Shown here: piece after piece, positions 26,931-34,742 of the stretch
Numbering within the stretch: the first letter of the stretch is position 1
Layout: the number at the start of each line of letters is the position of its first letter
Source of the DNA: Terriglobia bacterium
Lineage (GTDB): Bacteria > Acidobacteriota > Terriglobia > Acidiferrales > UBA7541
Direction of reading: 5' to 3'
Assembly (NCBI GenBank): GCA_041484365.1
Contig: JBGPHM010000011.1
Location: 2,723 to 66,722, forward strand
Length of the DNA stretch: 64,000 nt
Translations under genes and position numbers: made by a program
Notes under the pieces: generated by a model
Told to the model about the DNA's origin: nothing
Databases searched by the model: none
Seen by the model: the letters and a program-made list of their open reading frames with translations, nothing else

Positions 26931-27695
26931 CTACTTCCCAGGAATAAAGTAAACCTCCTCGAACATGGACTGCTTCTCCCATCCATGCCGAAGGAGGATT
27001 CCCTTCCCGTTCTCAATCATTGTGGGATGCCCGCAGAGATACGCGGTTGTGTCTTTGCCGGAGAGGCCCCACAGGTCCGTATACTTGCGGATTAAATCAT
27101 CCACGCGCCCTGTTTCGCCTGTCCACTTCGGGTCCTCCCAGGGACGGCTGACCGTCGAAACATAAGTGAGCCAGGGAGCTTCCTTCGCGGCGCGCACCAT
27201 TTCTTCATGGTATCCGGATTCCCAGGAGCGGCTCGCGCCGTTCAGTAAATACAATTTGTGTTCGCCGCCGAATTGGCCTTCCTTGAAATCGCGGAGCAAG
27301 GTGCGTACGTAACTTACGAACGGAGCAATCCCTGTGACCGTGCAGAGCAACAGGTGCTTGGTGTGCCCGCTCTTCTTATCCAGAATGAATCGGCCCTTGG
27401 CCACTTTGCGGAACGTGAATGTGTCACCGACCTTGAGCGGATAGAGCTTCGGCGTCAACTCGCCTTGCGGCACCAGTTCGATAAAAAATTCGACCTCTTT
27501 TTCATAAGGAGATGAAACGATGGAGTAGGCGCGCTCGATGTGCTTTTCGGGCGTCTGAAAGCCTAGCGTGGCGTATTGCCCCGGCGCGTAACGGAATTCG
27601 CCGCCGGGGTCCACGCGGATCTTCCAGAGATCCTCGGAGAAATCGGCGCGCTCAACGATCCGTGCGCGGTAAAACTTGTCTTCGGCTGGCGGCAT
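26931..27695 (-). CDS. ferredoxin--NADP(+) reductase (Fpr type)
   Basis: FAD-binding RAYSIVSSP, NADP-binding LLLCTVTGIAPF, and C-terminus EEVYFIPGK. Confidence 0.9.
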   Translation of the reverse strand: MPPAEDKFYRARIVERADFSEDLWKIRVDPGGEFRYAPGQYATLGFQTPEKHIERAYSIVSSPYEKEVEFFIELVPQGELTPKLYPLKVGDTFTFRKVAKGRFILDKKSGHTKHLLLCTVTGIAPFVSYVRTLLRDFKEGQFGGEHKLYLLNGASRSWESGYHEEMVRAAKEAPWLTYVSTVSRPWEDPKWTGETGRVDDLIRKYTDLWGLSGKDTTAYLCGHPTMIENGKGILLRHGWEKQSMFEEVYFIPGK

Positions 27696-27745
27696 GAGAT
27701 GTCACCCAAGTGGCGCGCGGCCATCGAGCCCTGCGGACGCTGCGC

Positions 27746-27776
27746 AAAACAAAAAAGCGTCCGCAACAGCGGACGC
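27746..27776 (-). terminator. rho-independent terminator (minus strand; hairpin is bidirectional)
   Basis: Stem gcgtccgc/gcggacgc with loop aaca. On the minus strand it is followed by TTTTTTGTTTT. It lies 67 nt after the stop of the 27843..28541 gene. Confidence 0.7.
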
Positions 27777-27842
27777 CTTTTCCTGATCGGAACCAATGCT
27801 CAGTTCGTTCGGGTGTTTATGCAAATGTCCTCCCGCAAGATG

Positions 27843-28541
27843 CTATAGGCCCGGGCCGCGGCCTCGCATCATGTCTTCCATCTTCATCGGAGTACCGGTG
27901 ATATGTGACTTGGCATCGGTGATGACCTTCACGAGAGTCATGTTGCCGAATTGACCGGTCGCCTTCACGATGGCCCACGGATAGACCTTGGGAGAAACCC
28001 AGAATTCCCCCGAGCCATCCTTCTGCTTAAAGTGTTCGCAGTCAAATGTCCCTGCAGGCGTGGTGACACTCTCATTGCCGACGCGTTCTGCATTTGACCG
28101 TGCGTCGGCGGCAGCCTTCGACGGAGGAGTCATTCCGCCGCCTCTGCCTGCCATCATTCCCATCATCTGCATGGATATTTCCATCGGCTGCTGGCCCGGA
28201 GGCTGCACAACCATCTTCACCACGGTGACCTGCTCACCGTCCTTCACCATAAACTCCTGCATCGCCACCTGCTGACCATCTTTAGAGTTGATTAGGAATT
28301 CGAGCCAAAACCCCTCCTTGCCATCCACTGTCTCCTTCTTAACGATGGAGATCTGCATCATCTGCTTGTCGCTATCTTTCGTTGTCATCTCGTACGCCGA
28401 GCCCGCGCCCACAATGGGATTCCAGATGCCATTGAAAGAGGGCGGCATCATCCCGCCCATCCCCATGCCACGTTGTCCCAACATCGGAGCCGCGGCCAAC
28501 ACAAGCGCCACAACCAGCAGACCACCTGCGAGTTTCTTCAT
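27843..28541 (-). CDS. exported Met-rich hypothetical protein
   Basis: GGAGGA lies upstream of the ATG. Signal peptide MKKLAGGLLVVALVLAAAPMLG. Met clusters RGMGMGGMMPP, MEISMQMMGMMAGRGGGM and TPMKMEDMMRG. Confidence 0.7.
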   Translation of the reverse strand: MKKLAGGLLVVALVLAAAPMLGQRGMGMGGMMPPSFNGIWNPIVGAGSAYEMTTKDSDKQMMQISIVKKETVDGKEGFWLEFLINSKDGQQVAMQEFMVKDGEQVTVVKMVVQPPGQQPMEISMQMMGMMAGRGGGMTPPSKAAADARSNAERVGNESVTTPAGTFDCEHFKQKDGSGEFWVSPKVYPWAIVKATGQFGNMTLVKVITDAKSHITGTPMKMEDMMRGRGPGL

Positions 28542-28574
28542 TCATTCCTCCGAGTAAATTTAGAGCCCGTCGCT

Positions 28575-29327
28575 CTAAAGATCGAGACCCTGCTTGCTCT
28601 GCATCTTTGTGAAGTCAAAACTAATCTTGAGTGGAGTCTTTCCGGCCTGAAACGTGAAATCAACGCCCTTTTCGTCAGGAGCAAACGTAGGCTCGCCAGT
28701 GGCCGTCTTCTTGTCAAAGATGAAAAAAAGCGCCGCGGGGGCGCCCGTCTGTCCTTTTTGAATCACGACGCGGGAGGGAGAGATCTTGGCCTTGTTGCTC
28801 CTCAAGACCAAAAATGCTTCGGCCTTGAGTGTGTCTTCGCTTGCAGCCGAGAACGCTCGCATATTCGCGCTTTGCACCATAATTTGGTACGTGTCCGTTG
28901 GAGTGGAGAGTCCTTTACGCGCGTCATCGGCAGAGGTCCCAGCCAATTCTCTCTTGCGCGCCATAGCCTCTCGAACCGTGTTAGAGGAAAACCAGCTCAC
29001 GACAAATACCGCCTCGGACCCCGCCGAGGGCATATTCGACACTCCAGCGCCGCCCGCCTGCCTGTTTCCAGTTGTCATTGTGCCGCTACCAGAATTCGAG
29101 TCTCCATGATTGGAAGACTCTCCCGTACTAGTGAGATTCCCTTCCAAGCGGCTGCCGGTGTTCATGCCGTATTGAATCTTGTGTGACCAGGGAGAATCTT
29201 GCAAGACTCTTTGCACGTCTTTCTCGTCCCAGCTCCCAAAATCCTTATCCTTCCATGGATCGTTCGCATAGGCTGCCATAGCAATCAAAAGTACTGCCGC
29301 GAAAAGACCAACCACTCGCTTCAACAT
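28575..29327 (-). CDS. exported hypothetical protein with a W..W...DV...L.DSPW N-terminal motif (paralogue of 62970..63734)
   Basis: ATG-29327 is preceded by AAGGAGGAA. Signal peptide MLKRVVGLFAAVLLIAMAAYA followed by NDPWKDKDFGSWDEKDVQRVLQDSPWSHK. The ORF opens at 29378. Confidence 0.7.
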   Translation of the reverse strand: MLKRVVGLFAAVLLIAMAAYANDPWKDKDFGSWDEKDVQRVLQDSPWSHKIQYGMNTGSRLEGNLTSTGESSNHGDSNSGSGTMTTGNRQAGGAGVSNMPSAGSEAVFVVSWFSSNTVREAMARKRELAGTSADDARKGLSTPTDTYQIMVQSANMRAFSAASEDTLKAEAFLVLRSNKAKISPSRVVIQKGQTGAPAALFFIFDKKTATGEPTFAPDEKGVDFTFQAGKTPLKISFDFTKMQSKQGLDL

Positions 29328-29559
29328 TGTCTTCCTCCTTGCCATCCCAACTGCGCCGGCCGTCAGCCCAGCTCTCAAATCTCGGCAACCAAATCCTCAA
29401 AGAACCGTTCATGATTAGATGCATTTAGGCGCGTGGGTTTCCATAGAACCACACGGCACCCGCCATATGTTTTCTACCAGTTCTGATGAGTGAGCGCAAC
29501 GATTTTGGTGGGCTATGCGTACCGGTTCGTCCGGTGAACCGTGCCGGTTTCCGCCAAGC

Positions 29560-30708
29560 CTATTCGTAGGAGAGCGCCTCAATGGGGTCGGCCTTTGCCG
29601 CGCGGTACCCGGGATAAAGCGCTCCAAGCCCTGATGCTGCGATTGCAAGCAAAACAGCACGGACGACCCAACCGGCATCAATGCGAATCTGAAGAGTCGG
29701 GGCCCAATATCGAAGTCCGACAACAGTTACGAATGTGAGGACCAGCCCCAATGCGGCGCCTAGACACGCCATCATAGATGCCTCAGCTTCGATCAATCCC
29801 AGAATACTCATTCGCGATGAGCCAAGCGCCTTGAGAATGCCAATCTCGCGCGTACGTTCAAGCACCATCGTGTGCATCGTCAGGAGAACCACGAGGAAGC
29901 TGATGGCCGTCCCGAGGATGACAAAAGATCGAATGAACGGCGTCAACTCCGGTAGATTCGACGAAGTCATGAGCGAAACGTATTCGGCCATGGTCCGGAC
30001 ACGATTGTTGGGCAGCAAAACAACCAAGGCGGAGCGGGCTGCTTCGGTGTCTCCTTTACTCCGAACGTAGAACATCGAGACTCTCTTATCCGCTCCCGCA
30101 AGATCCTGCGCCGTGCGGATGGGAATAAAAAATCGAGCTCCTTTCCCATGCACGACGATGCCCGCAAGACGGAAAGGATGGCGAATGAGAGTGACAGTGT
30201 CTCCTATATGCAGGTGGCGGGATTGTGCGACAAGGTCGTCGGCGAGGACGTCATCGGGCTGCTCAAGGCCATGGCCCCTAAGAAACTGAAATCCCTTGCT
30301 CAATCCTTCAAATCGTGGCTCGTCAATTCCATACACGACGTTCAGGTTGCGGCTGTCCACGACGATAACAATTCCGGCAACCTCGTCCACGGAGGGGAGC
30401 TTCGCGATTTTTTCGCCGATGGACTCCTGCATGGACGCGCTGGAAAACGCGAAAAAGATGGAGGCATTCTGCGGCTGAACGAAAAGGTCAGCACCCACGC
30501 CTTCAGCGCGCTCGCCTAAGTCCTTGAGGACACCTGACGTAAGGCCAACAATCAATAGAACGAGGATCACCTGGAGCGAAACCGCAAGAACACTTAGAAG
30601 CGAACGGAGCGGCCGCGCTTTCAGGTTGTTCCATATGATCGTGCGGCGCGAGATGCGATGGAAAGATTCCGCTGACATGTGTCGTAAAACCCGTCGATAA
30701 TCTAACAT
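29560..30708 (-). CDS. FtsX/MacB-family ABC-transporter permease with no adjacent ATPase
   Basis: TM1 is LRSLLSVLAVSLQVILVLLIVGL. A periplasmic domain of about 200 aa follows, then three C-terminal TMs with the FtsX signature ERTREIGILKALGSSR. ATG-30678 is an alternative start. Confidence 0.9.
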   Translation of the reverse strand: MLDYRRVLRHMSAESFHRISRRTIIWNNLKARPLRSLLSVLAVSLQVILVLLIVGLTSGVLKDLGERAEGVGADLFVQPQNASIFFAFSSASMQESIGEKIAKLPSVDEVAGIVIVVDSRNLNVVYGIDEPRFEGLSKGFQFLRGHGLEQPDDVLADDLVAQSRHLHIGDTVTLIRHPFRLAGIVVHGKGARFFIPIRTAQDLAGADKRVSMFYVRSKGDTEAARSALVVLLPNNRVRTMAEYVSLMTSSNLPELTPFIRSFVILGTAISFLVVLLTMHTMVLERTREIGILKALGSSRMSILGLIEAEASMMACLGAALGLVLTFVTVVGLRYWAPTLQIRIDAGWVVRAVLLAIAASGLGALYPGYRAAKADPIEALSYE

Positions 30709-30756
30709 CCGCGGCGATGGCGGTCAAAAGATAGCATCGCCATCACTCGCCGCCGG

Positions 30757-30778
30757 TTTTCAACAGAATTGTTGAAAA
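30757..30778. promoter_or_regulatory. perfect 9-bp inverted repeat (operator-like) upstream of the permease gene
   Basis: ttttcaaca-gaat-tgttgaaaa, about 50-70 nt upstream of the 30708 start. It is AT-rich with no T-tract, so it is not terminator-like. Confidence 0.35.
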
Positions 30779-30961
30779 GCTTGTGGAAATGCCGCATTGA
30801 AATCCGCTAAGAACAATTCTCAGCGTAGGTTAATGCGGTTTGCACAATTTCAGTGCAACGTCCATGCATTCATTGGAGCATTTGGAATGCCATTCGCACA
30901 ACCCACCAACCGATATGAGGAAGACCGTTGCACCCATTGAGAAATGGATCTGGCCAGCCAA

Positions 30962-31384
30962 TCAGAACCACCTTGGAGGCTTTTCGAGGCGAATCTTTAT
31001 GGTCTGCTCGTCTTCGGTTGCGTCGTACCATTTCCCAAAGGTCTTCCACCCTTCAGCAATCACTTGAACCAGAACCTTGCCGCGAGGAATACCGTTGGCA
31101 ATTGCAACGCCCTCCTTATTGGTCTTGATATTCATCTCAATATTCTCGTCCTTCGCCATCGTGTGCTTTACGACGTAGCGGACATACACGCTTGCCATCT
31201 CCACGGGTGCGGCTTTTTCACCCGCGGTAATTTCAATCCGAAGCTGTGTGGAGGCATTATGATCGGGCTGTTGCGCCCCTTTGCCTGGGTCTTTGCCCTG
31301 GGCGCCGAGAATGGATCCCAACAAGACGAATGAGGCGATCGTAACAATAAGTCTCTTTGTGGATTTCAAGAAGCGCGAGCCCAT
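30962..31384 (-). CDS. exported hypothetical protein, possibly a carboxypeptidase-regulatory-like beta-sandwich
   Basis: ATG-31384 is preceded by GGAGGA. Signal/anchor LIVTIASFVLLGSILGAQG. The segment IKTNKEGVAIANGIPRGKVLVQVIAEGWKTF resembles CarboxypepD_reg-type folds. The ORF opens at 31402. Confidence 0.55.
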   Translation of the reverse strand: MGSRFLKSTKRLIVTIASFVLLGSILGAQGKDPGKGAQQPDHNASTQLRIEITAGEKAAPVEMASVYVRYVVKHTMAKDENIEMNIKTNKEGVAIANGIPRGKVLVQVIAEGWKTFGKWYDATEDEQTIKIRLEKPPRWF

Positions 31385-31442
31385 TAATAATCCTCCAACC
31401 ATTTAGACGCGATCCCACGTTACCAGGTGGCCTCGCGCTCAA

Positions 31443-31471
31443 TTGACTGCCGGGCGCGGCTGCGCTAACTT
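31443..31471 (+). promoter_or_regulatory. weak promoter candidate for the trans-sulfuration gene
   Basis: TTGACT, a 17-nt spacer, then TAACTT. This would give a leader of about 125 nt before ATG-31603. Confidence 0.3.
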
Positions 31472-31602
31472 CAATCGGCACACGGCTGCGCCACAACTCA
31501 GTCCGGATTAGTCATACGCCAGCCCGCGCTAATCTGCAATCAGAAATCAATCGTTGGGCAAACACCGGGCAATCCCCGCCGGCCAGCACACGGGAGGAAC
31601 GA

Positions 31603-32742
31603 ATGGGATTTGCGACGGATGCCATCCATGTAGGGCAGGAACCTGATCCAACAACAGGGTCCATCGTTCCGCCGATTTATCAGACTTCGACTTACGTACA
31701 GACGGAGCTCGGCAAGAACAAGGGCTACGACTATGCCCGAACGAATCATCCCAACCGTAAAGCGCTGGAACGATGTGTCGCAAAGCTTGAAGGAGGATTG
31801 ACGTCTTATGTTTTTTCGTCGGGAATGGCCGGGATTGACGCGGTGTTCCGGCTTCTGCGCCCCGGAGACCATGCCATCCTTTCGCAAGCCGTGTATGGCG
31901 GCGTAGTTCGACTGACGACGCAATTCCTGGTTCAATTTGGGATGGAGTTCAGCTTCATTGACACGTCGTGCGTCGAAAATATTTCAAAAGCAATCCGGCC
32001 AACCACGAAACTCATTTACGCAGAGACGCCGACGAACCCCACAATGATCATTACGGACATCGCTGCGGTTGCGAAGCTCGCGCGCGAAAACAACATTACC
32101 CTGGTGGTGGACAATACGTTCCTGAGTCCCTACCTGCAGCGGCCCATCGAACTGGGCGCGCATATTGTCGTTCACTCGATGACGAAATATTTGAACGGCC
32201 ACAGCGACTGCACGGGGGGCGCGGTGGTCCTGACCCGGCAAGAGGATGCCGACAAGATCTATTTCCTTCAGCGTTCCGCGGGAAGTGGGCTCGCGCCGAT
32301 GGACTGCTTTCTCGTCTCGCGCGGAATCAAGACGCTTGCCGTTCGGATGCCGCAGCACGATGCAAATGGAATGGCCGTGGCAAAGTTTCTGGCGGGCCAC
32401 CCAAAGGTGAAGCGAGTTCTCTATCCGGGATTGCCATCGCACCCGCAACACGCGGTCGCGAAAAGACAGCAGCGCGGTTTTGGCGCGATGTTGTCATTCG
32501 AGCTGGGCTCACTGGAAGCCTGCCGCAAATTGCTCAACCACGTGAAGCTTTGCGCGTTGGCGGAAAGTCTCGGCGGCGTGGAAACGCTCATTTCCCACCC
32601 AGCAACGATGACTCATGCATCCGTTCCCGCAGAGATGCGAAAGCAGATTGGAATCACGGACGGGCTTGTGCGGCTCTCTGTAGGAATTGAGGATGTGGAA
32701 GATTTGATAGCCGATTTGGATTTCGCCCTGTCAAAGGTTTAG
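31603..32742 (+). CDS. PLP-dependent trans-sulfuration enzyme (cystathionine gamma-synthase/gamma-lyase/beta-lyase family)
   Basis: GGGAGGA is the ribosome-binding site. The PLP-lysine motif is VHSMTKYLNGHSD. The C-terminus is LVRLSVGIEDVEDLIADL. Confidence 0.92.
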   Translation: MGFATDAIHVGQEPDPTTGSIVPPIYQTSTYVQTELGKNKGYDYARTNHPNRKALERCVAKLEGGLTSYVFSSGMAGIDAVFRLLRPGDHAILSQAVYGGVVRLTTQFLVQFGMEFSFIDTSCVENISKAIRPTTKLIYAETPTNPTMIITDIAAVAKLARENNITLVVDNTFLSPYLQRPIELGAHIVVHSMTKYLNGHSDCTGGAVVLTRQEDADKIYFLQRSAGSGLAPMDCFLVSRGIKTLAVRMPQHDANGMAVAKFLAGHPKVKRVLYPGLPSHPQHAVAKRQQRGFGAMLSFELGSLEACRKLLNHVKLCALAESLGGVETLISHPATMTHASVPAEMRKQIGITDGLVRLSVGIEDVEDLIADLDFALSKV

Positions 32743-32770
32743 CTCGCGAAAGCCTGCAGTGGAGGTTCTC

Positions 32771-34279
32771 TTGAAACAGACCAACCGTTGGTTTGGAATT
32801 GTCGTGGCGCTTGTTGTTTGCGCGGCGGCATTGTGGGCCGCGATTCCTCAAGTTTCCCTACATGCGAAGGCGGCTGCGGCAAAAGCGAACACGCCTGCAC
32901 CAATCGCGTCCTCGGTGGCCACAGCTGCTGTCGATGATGCGCGCCTCGCAGGTTCCTACCGTTTCGAGCGCGGCGGCTGGGTGTATGTCCACCTCGAAGG
33001 GACGCCGGCGCAGGTTGGCTATCAACACGGGTTCCTGCTCGCGCCCGAAATCGCCGACGCGCTGAATGCCTATCGCATCGGCGCGACGCACTCTACGAAA
33101 CGAGAATGGAATTTCTTTCGCGAGACATCGCGGAATATCCTCTGGCCGCACATCGAGCGGGAATACCGCGAAGAGTTGCAGGGCATCGTCGACGGGTTGC
33201 ACGTCAAAGGAGTGGACGCGGACCTGGACGATGTCGTGGCGCTGAATGCGTTCATGGAAATCCCCGGCTATTACGTTCCGTGGCTCAATGCAAAGAATCA
33301 TGTGCCGAATGCGCCGCACCTGAGCAGCCCCGGAAATTGCAGCGCATTCGTGGCCACAGGGAGTTATACGAAGGGCGGCGGCATCGTAATCGCGCATAAC
33401 AACTGGACCGACTACTGGCAGGGCGAGCGCTGGCGAATTATTTTCGACATCAAGCCGAAGAACGGATTCCGCATGATGATGGACGGATTTCCGGGCGTGA
33501 TCATCAGCGACGACGATTTCGGCGTGAACGCCAGCGGCATCATGGTCACCGAAACGACGATCTCACAATTCAAGGGCTTCGACCCCAACGGTGTGCCGGA
33601 GTTTGTGCGTGCGCGGAAGGCGCTTCAGTATTCAACCTCCATTGATGATTACGTGCGAATCATGCTGGACGGAAACAACGGCGGTTATGCGAACGACTGG
33701 CTGCTCGGCGACCGCAAGACAGGAGAGGTCGCACAATTTGAGCTTGGATTGAAAGACCATCAGGTGTGGCGCACGAAGGACGGCTATTACGTCGGCTCAA
33801 ATTTTCCGCGGGACCCAAAACTCATGAAGGAAGAGACTTCTTTCAAGCCGGCGGACAGCAAGAATTCGGCCAATGCGCGACGCGCGCGCTGGGAACAAAT
33901 TATGAAGGCCTCGCGCGGTCAGCTTGACGTCACCACGGCACAAAGATTTCTCGGCGACCACGACGACGTAATTCTTGGCAGGAAAAATGCCGACGAGCGG
34001 ACGCTATGCGGACACACGGACACCTCCGCACGCGGCATACCTCAATGGGAATGGGGCGCCTTCTACCCGGGCGGCGCGGTGCAAGGCAAAGCGATGGATA
34101 GCCACATGGCGGAATCGCTCAGCTTTTTTGCCCACACCGGACATCCTTGCGGCGAAGATTTTCTGGCGGAGCCATTCCTGAAGGCGCATCCGGCGTTCGA
34201 GTGGCAGCGTCCGATCCTGCGCGACATGAAGTCGGGCCCGTGGACGGAGTTTCGCGCGGATGACAAGGGCGGGAATTAG
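32771..34279 (+). CDS. exported Ntn-hydrolase of the phospholipase-B-like / C45 type
   Basis: TTG-32771 is preceded by GGAGG; the ORF opens at GTG-32759. The putative autoprocessing site is SSPGNCSAFVATG. The block IAHNNWTDYWQ...DGFPGVIISDDDFGVNASGIMVTETT resembles the PLB-like (LAMA) family pattern. Confidence 0.75.
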   Translation: MKQTNRWFGIVVALVVCAAALWAAIPQVSLHAKAAAAKANTPAPIASSVATAAVDDARLAGSYRFERGGWVYVHLEGTPAQVGYQHGFLLAPEIADALNAYRIGATHSTKREWNFFRETSRNILWPHIEREYREELQGIVDGLHVKGVDADLDDVVALNAFMEIPGYYVPWLNAKNHVPNAPHLSSPGNCSAFVATGSYTKGGGIVIAHNNWTDYWQGERWRIIFDIKPKNGFRMMMDGFPGVIISDDDFGVNASGIMVTETTISQFKGFDPNGVPEFVRARKALQYSTSIDDYVRIMLDGNNGGYANDWLLGDRKTGEVAQFELGLKDHQVWRTKDGYYVGSNFPRDPKLMKEETSFKPADSKNSANARRARWEQIMKASRGQLDVTTAQRFLGDHDDVILGRKNADERTLCGHTDTSARGIPQWEWGAFYPGGAVQGKAMDSHMAESLSFFAHTGHPCGEDFLAEPFLKAHPAFEWQRPILRDMKSGPWTEFRADDKGGN

Positions 34280-34290
34280 CTGATCAACAG

Positions 34291-34620
34291 TTAACCTGCA
34301 CTTTCGCGAACCCATTCTAGATACTGGCGCGATCCCGCGACGACGGGCACTGCGATAATCTCAGGAATCTTGTAGCTGTGGAGCCGGAGCACCTCGCGCT
34401 CGAGATTCGTGTAGGCCCTCCGAGTGGATTTCAGAATGAGCAGCACTTCCCTTGCCTTTTCGACCTTGCCCTTCCATCGATAAATGGAACTAACCCCGGA
34501 GCCCAATACATTGCCACAAGCTGCGAGACGCCTCTTTACGAGCGCCGTTGCGATGCGTCGCGCTTCGGCGGTCGAAGCACAAGTCACGAAGACAACGATT
34601 GCGTCTGTTTTGCCCGGCAT
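34291..34620 (-). CDS. cutA: divalent-cation tolerance protein CutA
   Basis: ATG-34620 is preceded by AGAGGTG. Contains VVFVTCASTAEARRIATALVKRRLAACGNV...SIYRWKGKVEKAREVLLILKS...YKIPEIIAVPV. Confidence 0.9.
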   Translation of the reverse strand: MPGKTDAIVVFVTCASTAEARRIATALVKRRLAACGNVLGSGVSSIYRWKGKVEKAREVLLILKSTRRAYTNLEREVLRLHSYKIPEIIAVPVVAGSRQYLEWVRESAG

Positions 34621-34742
34621 ACGTGCACCTCTGATCACTCAGGCACGGCGGCGAAGCCATTGCACCTTGCGTCACGCATAAGAGCAACCGTGACTTAGCG
34701 CAACCTCCTCGGCGAGCTACAATACCGCAGCAGACAGAGCCG

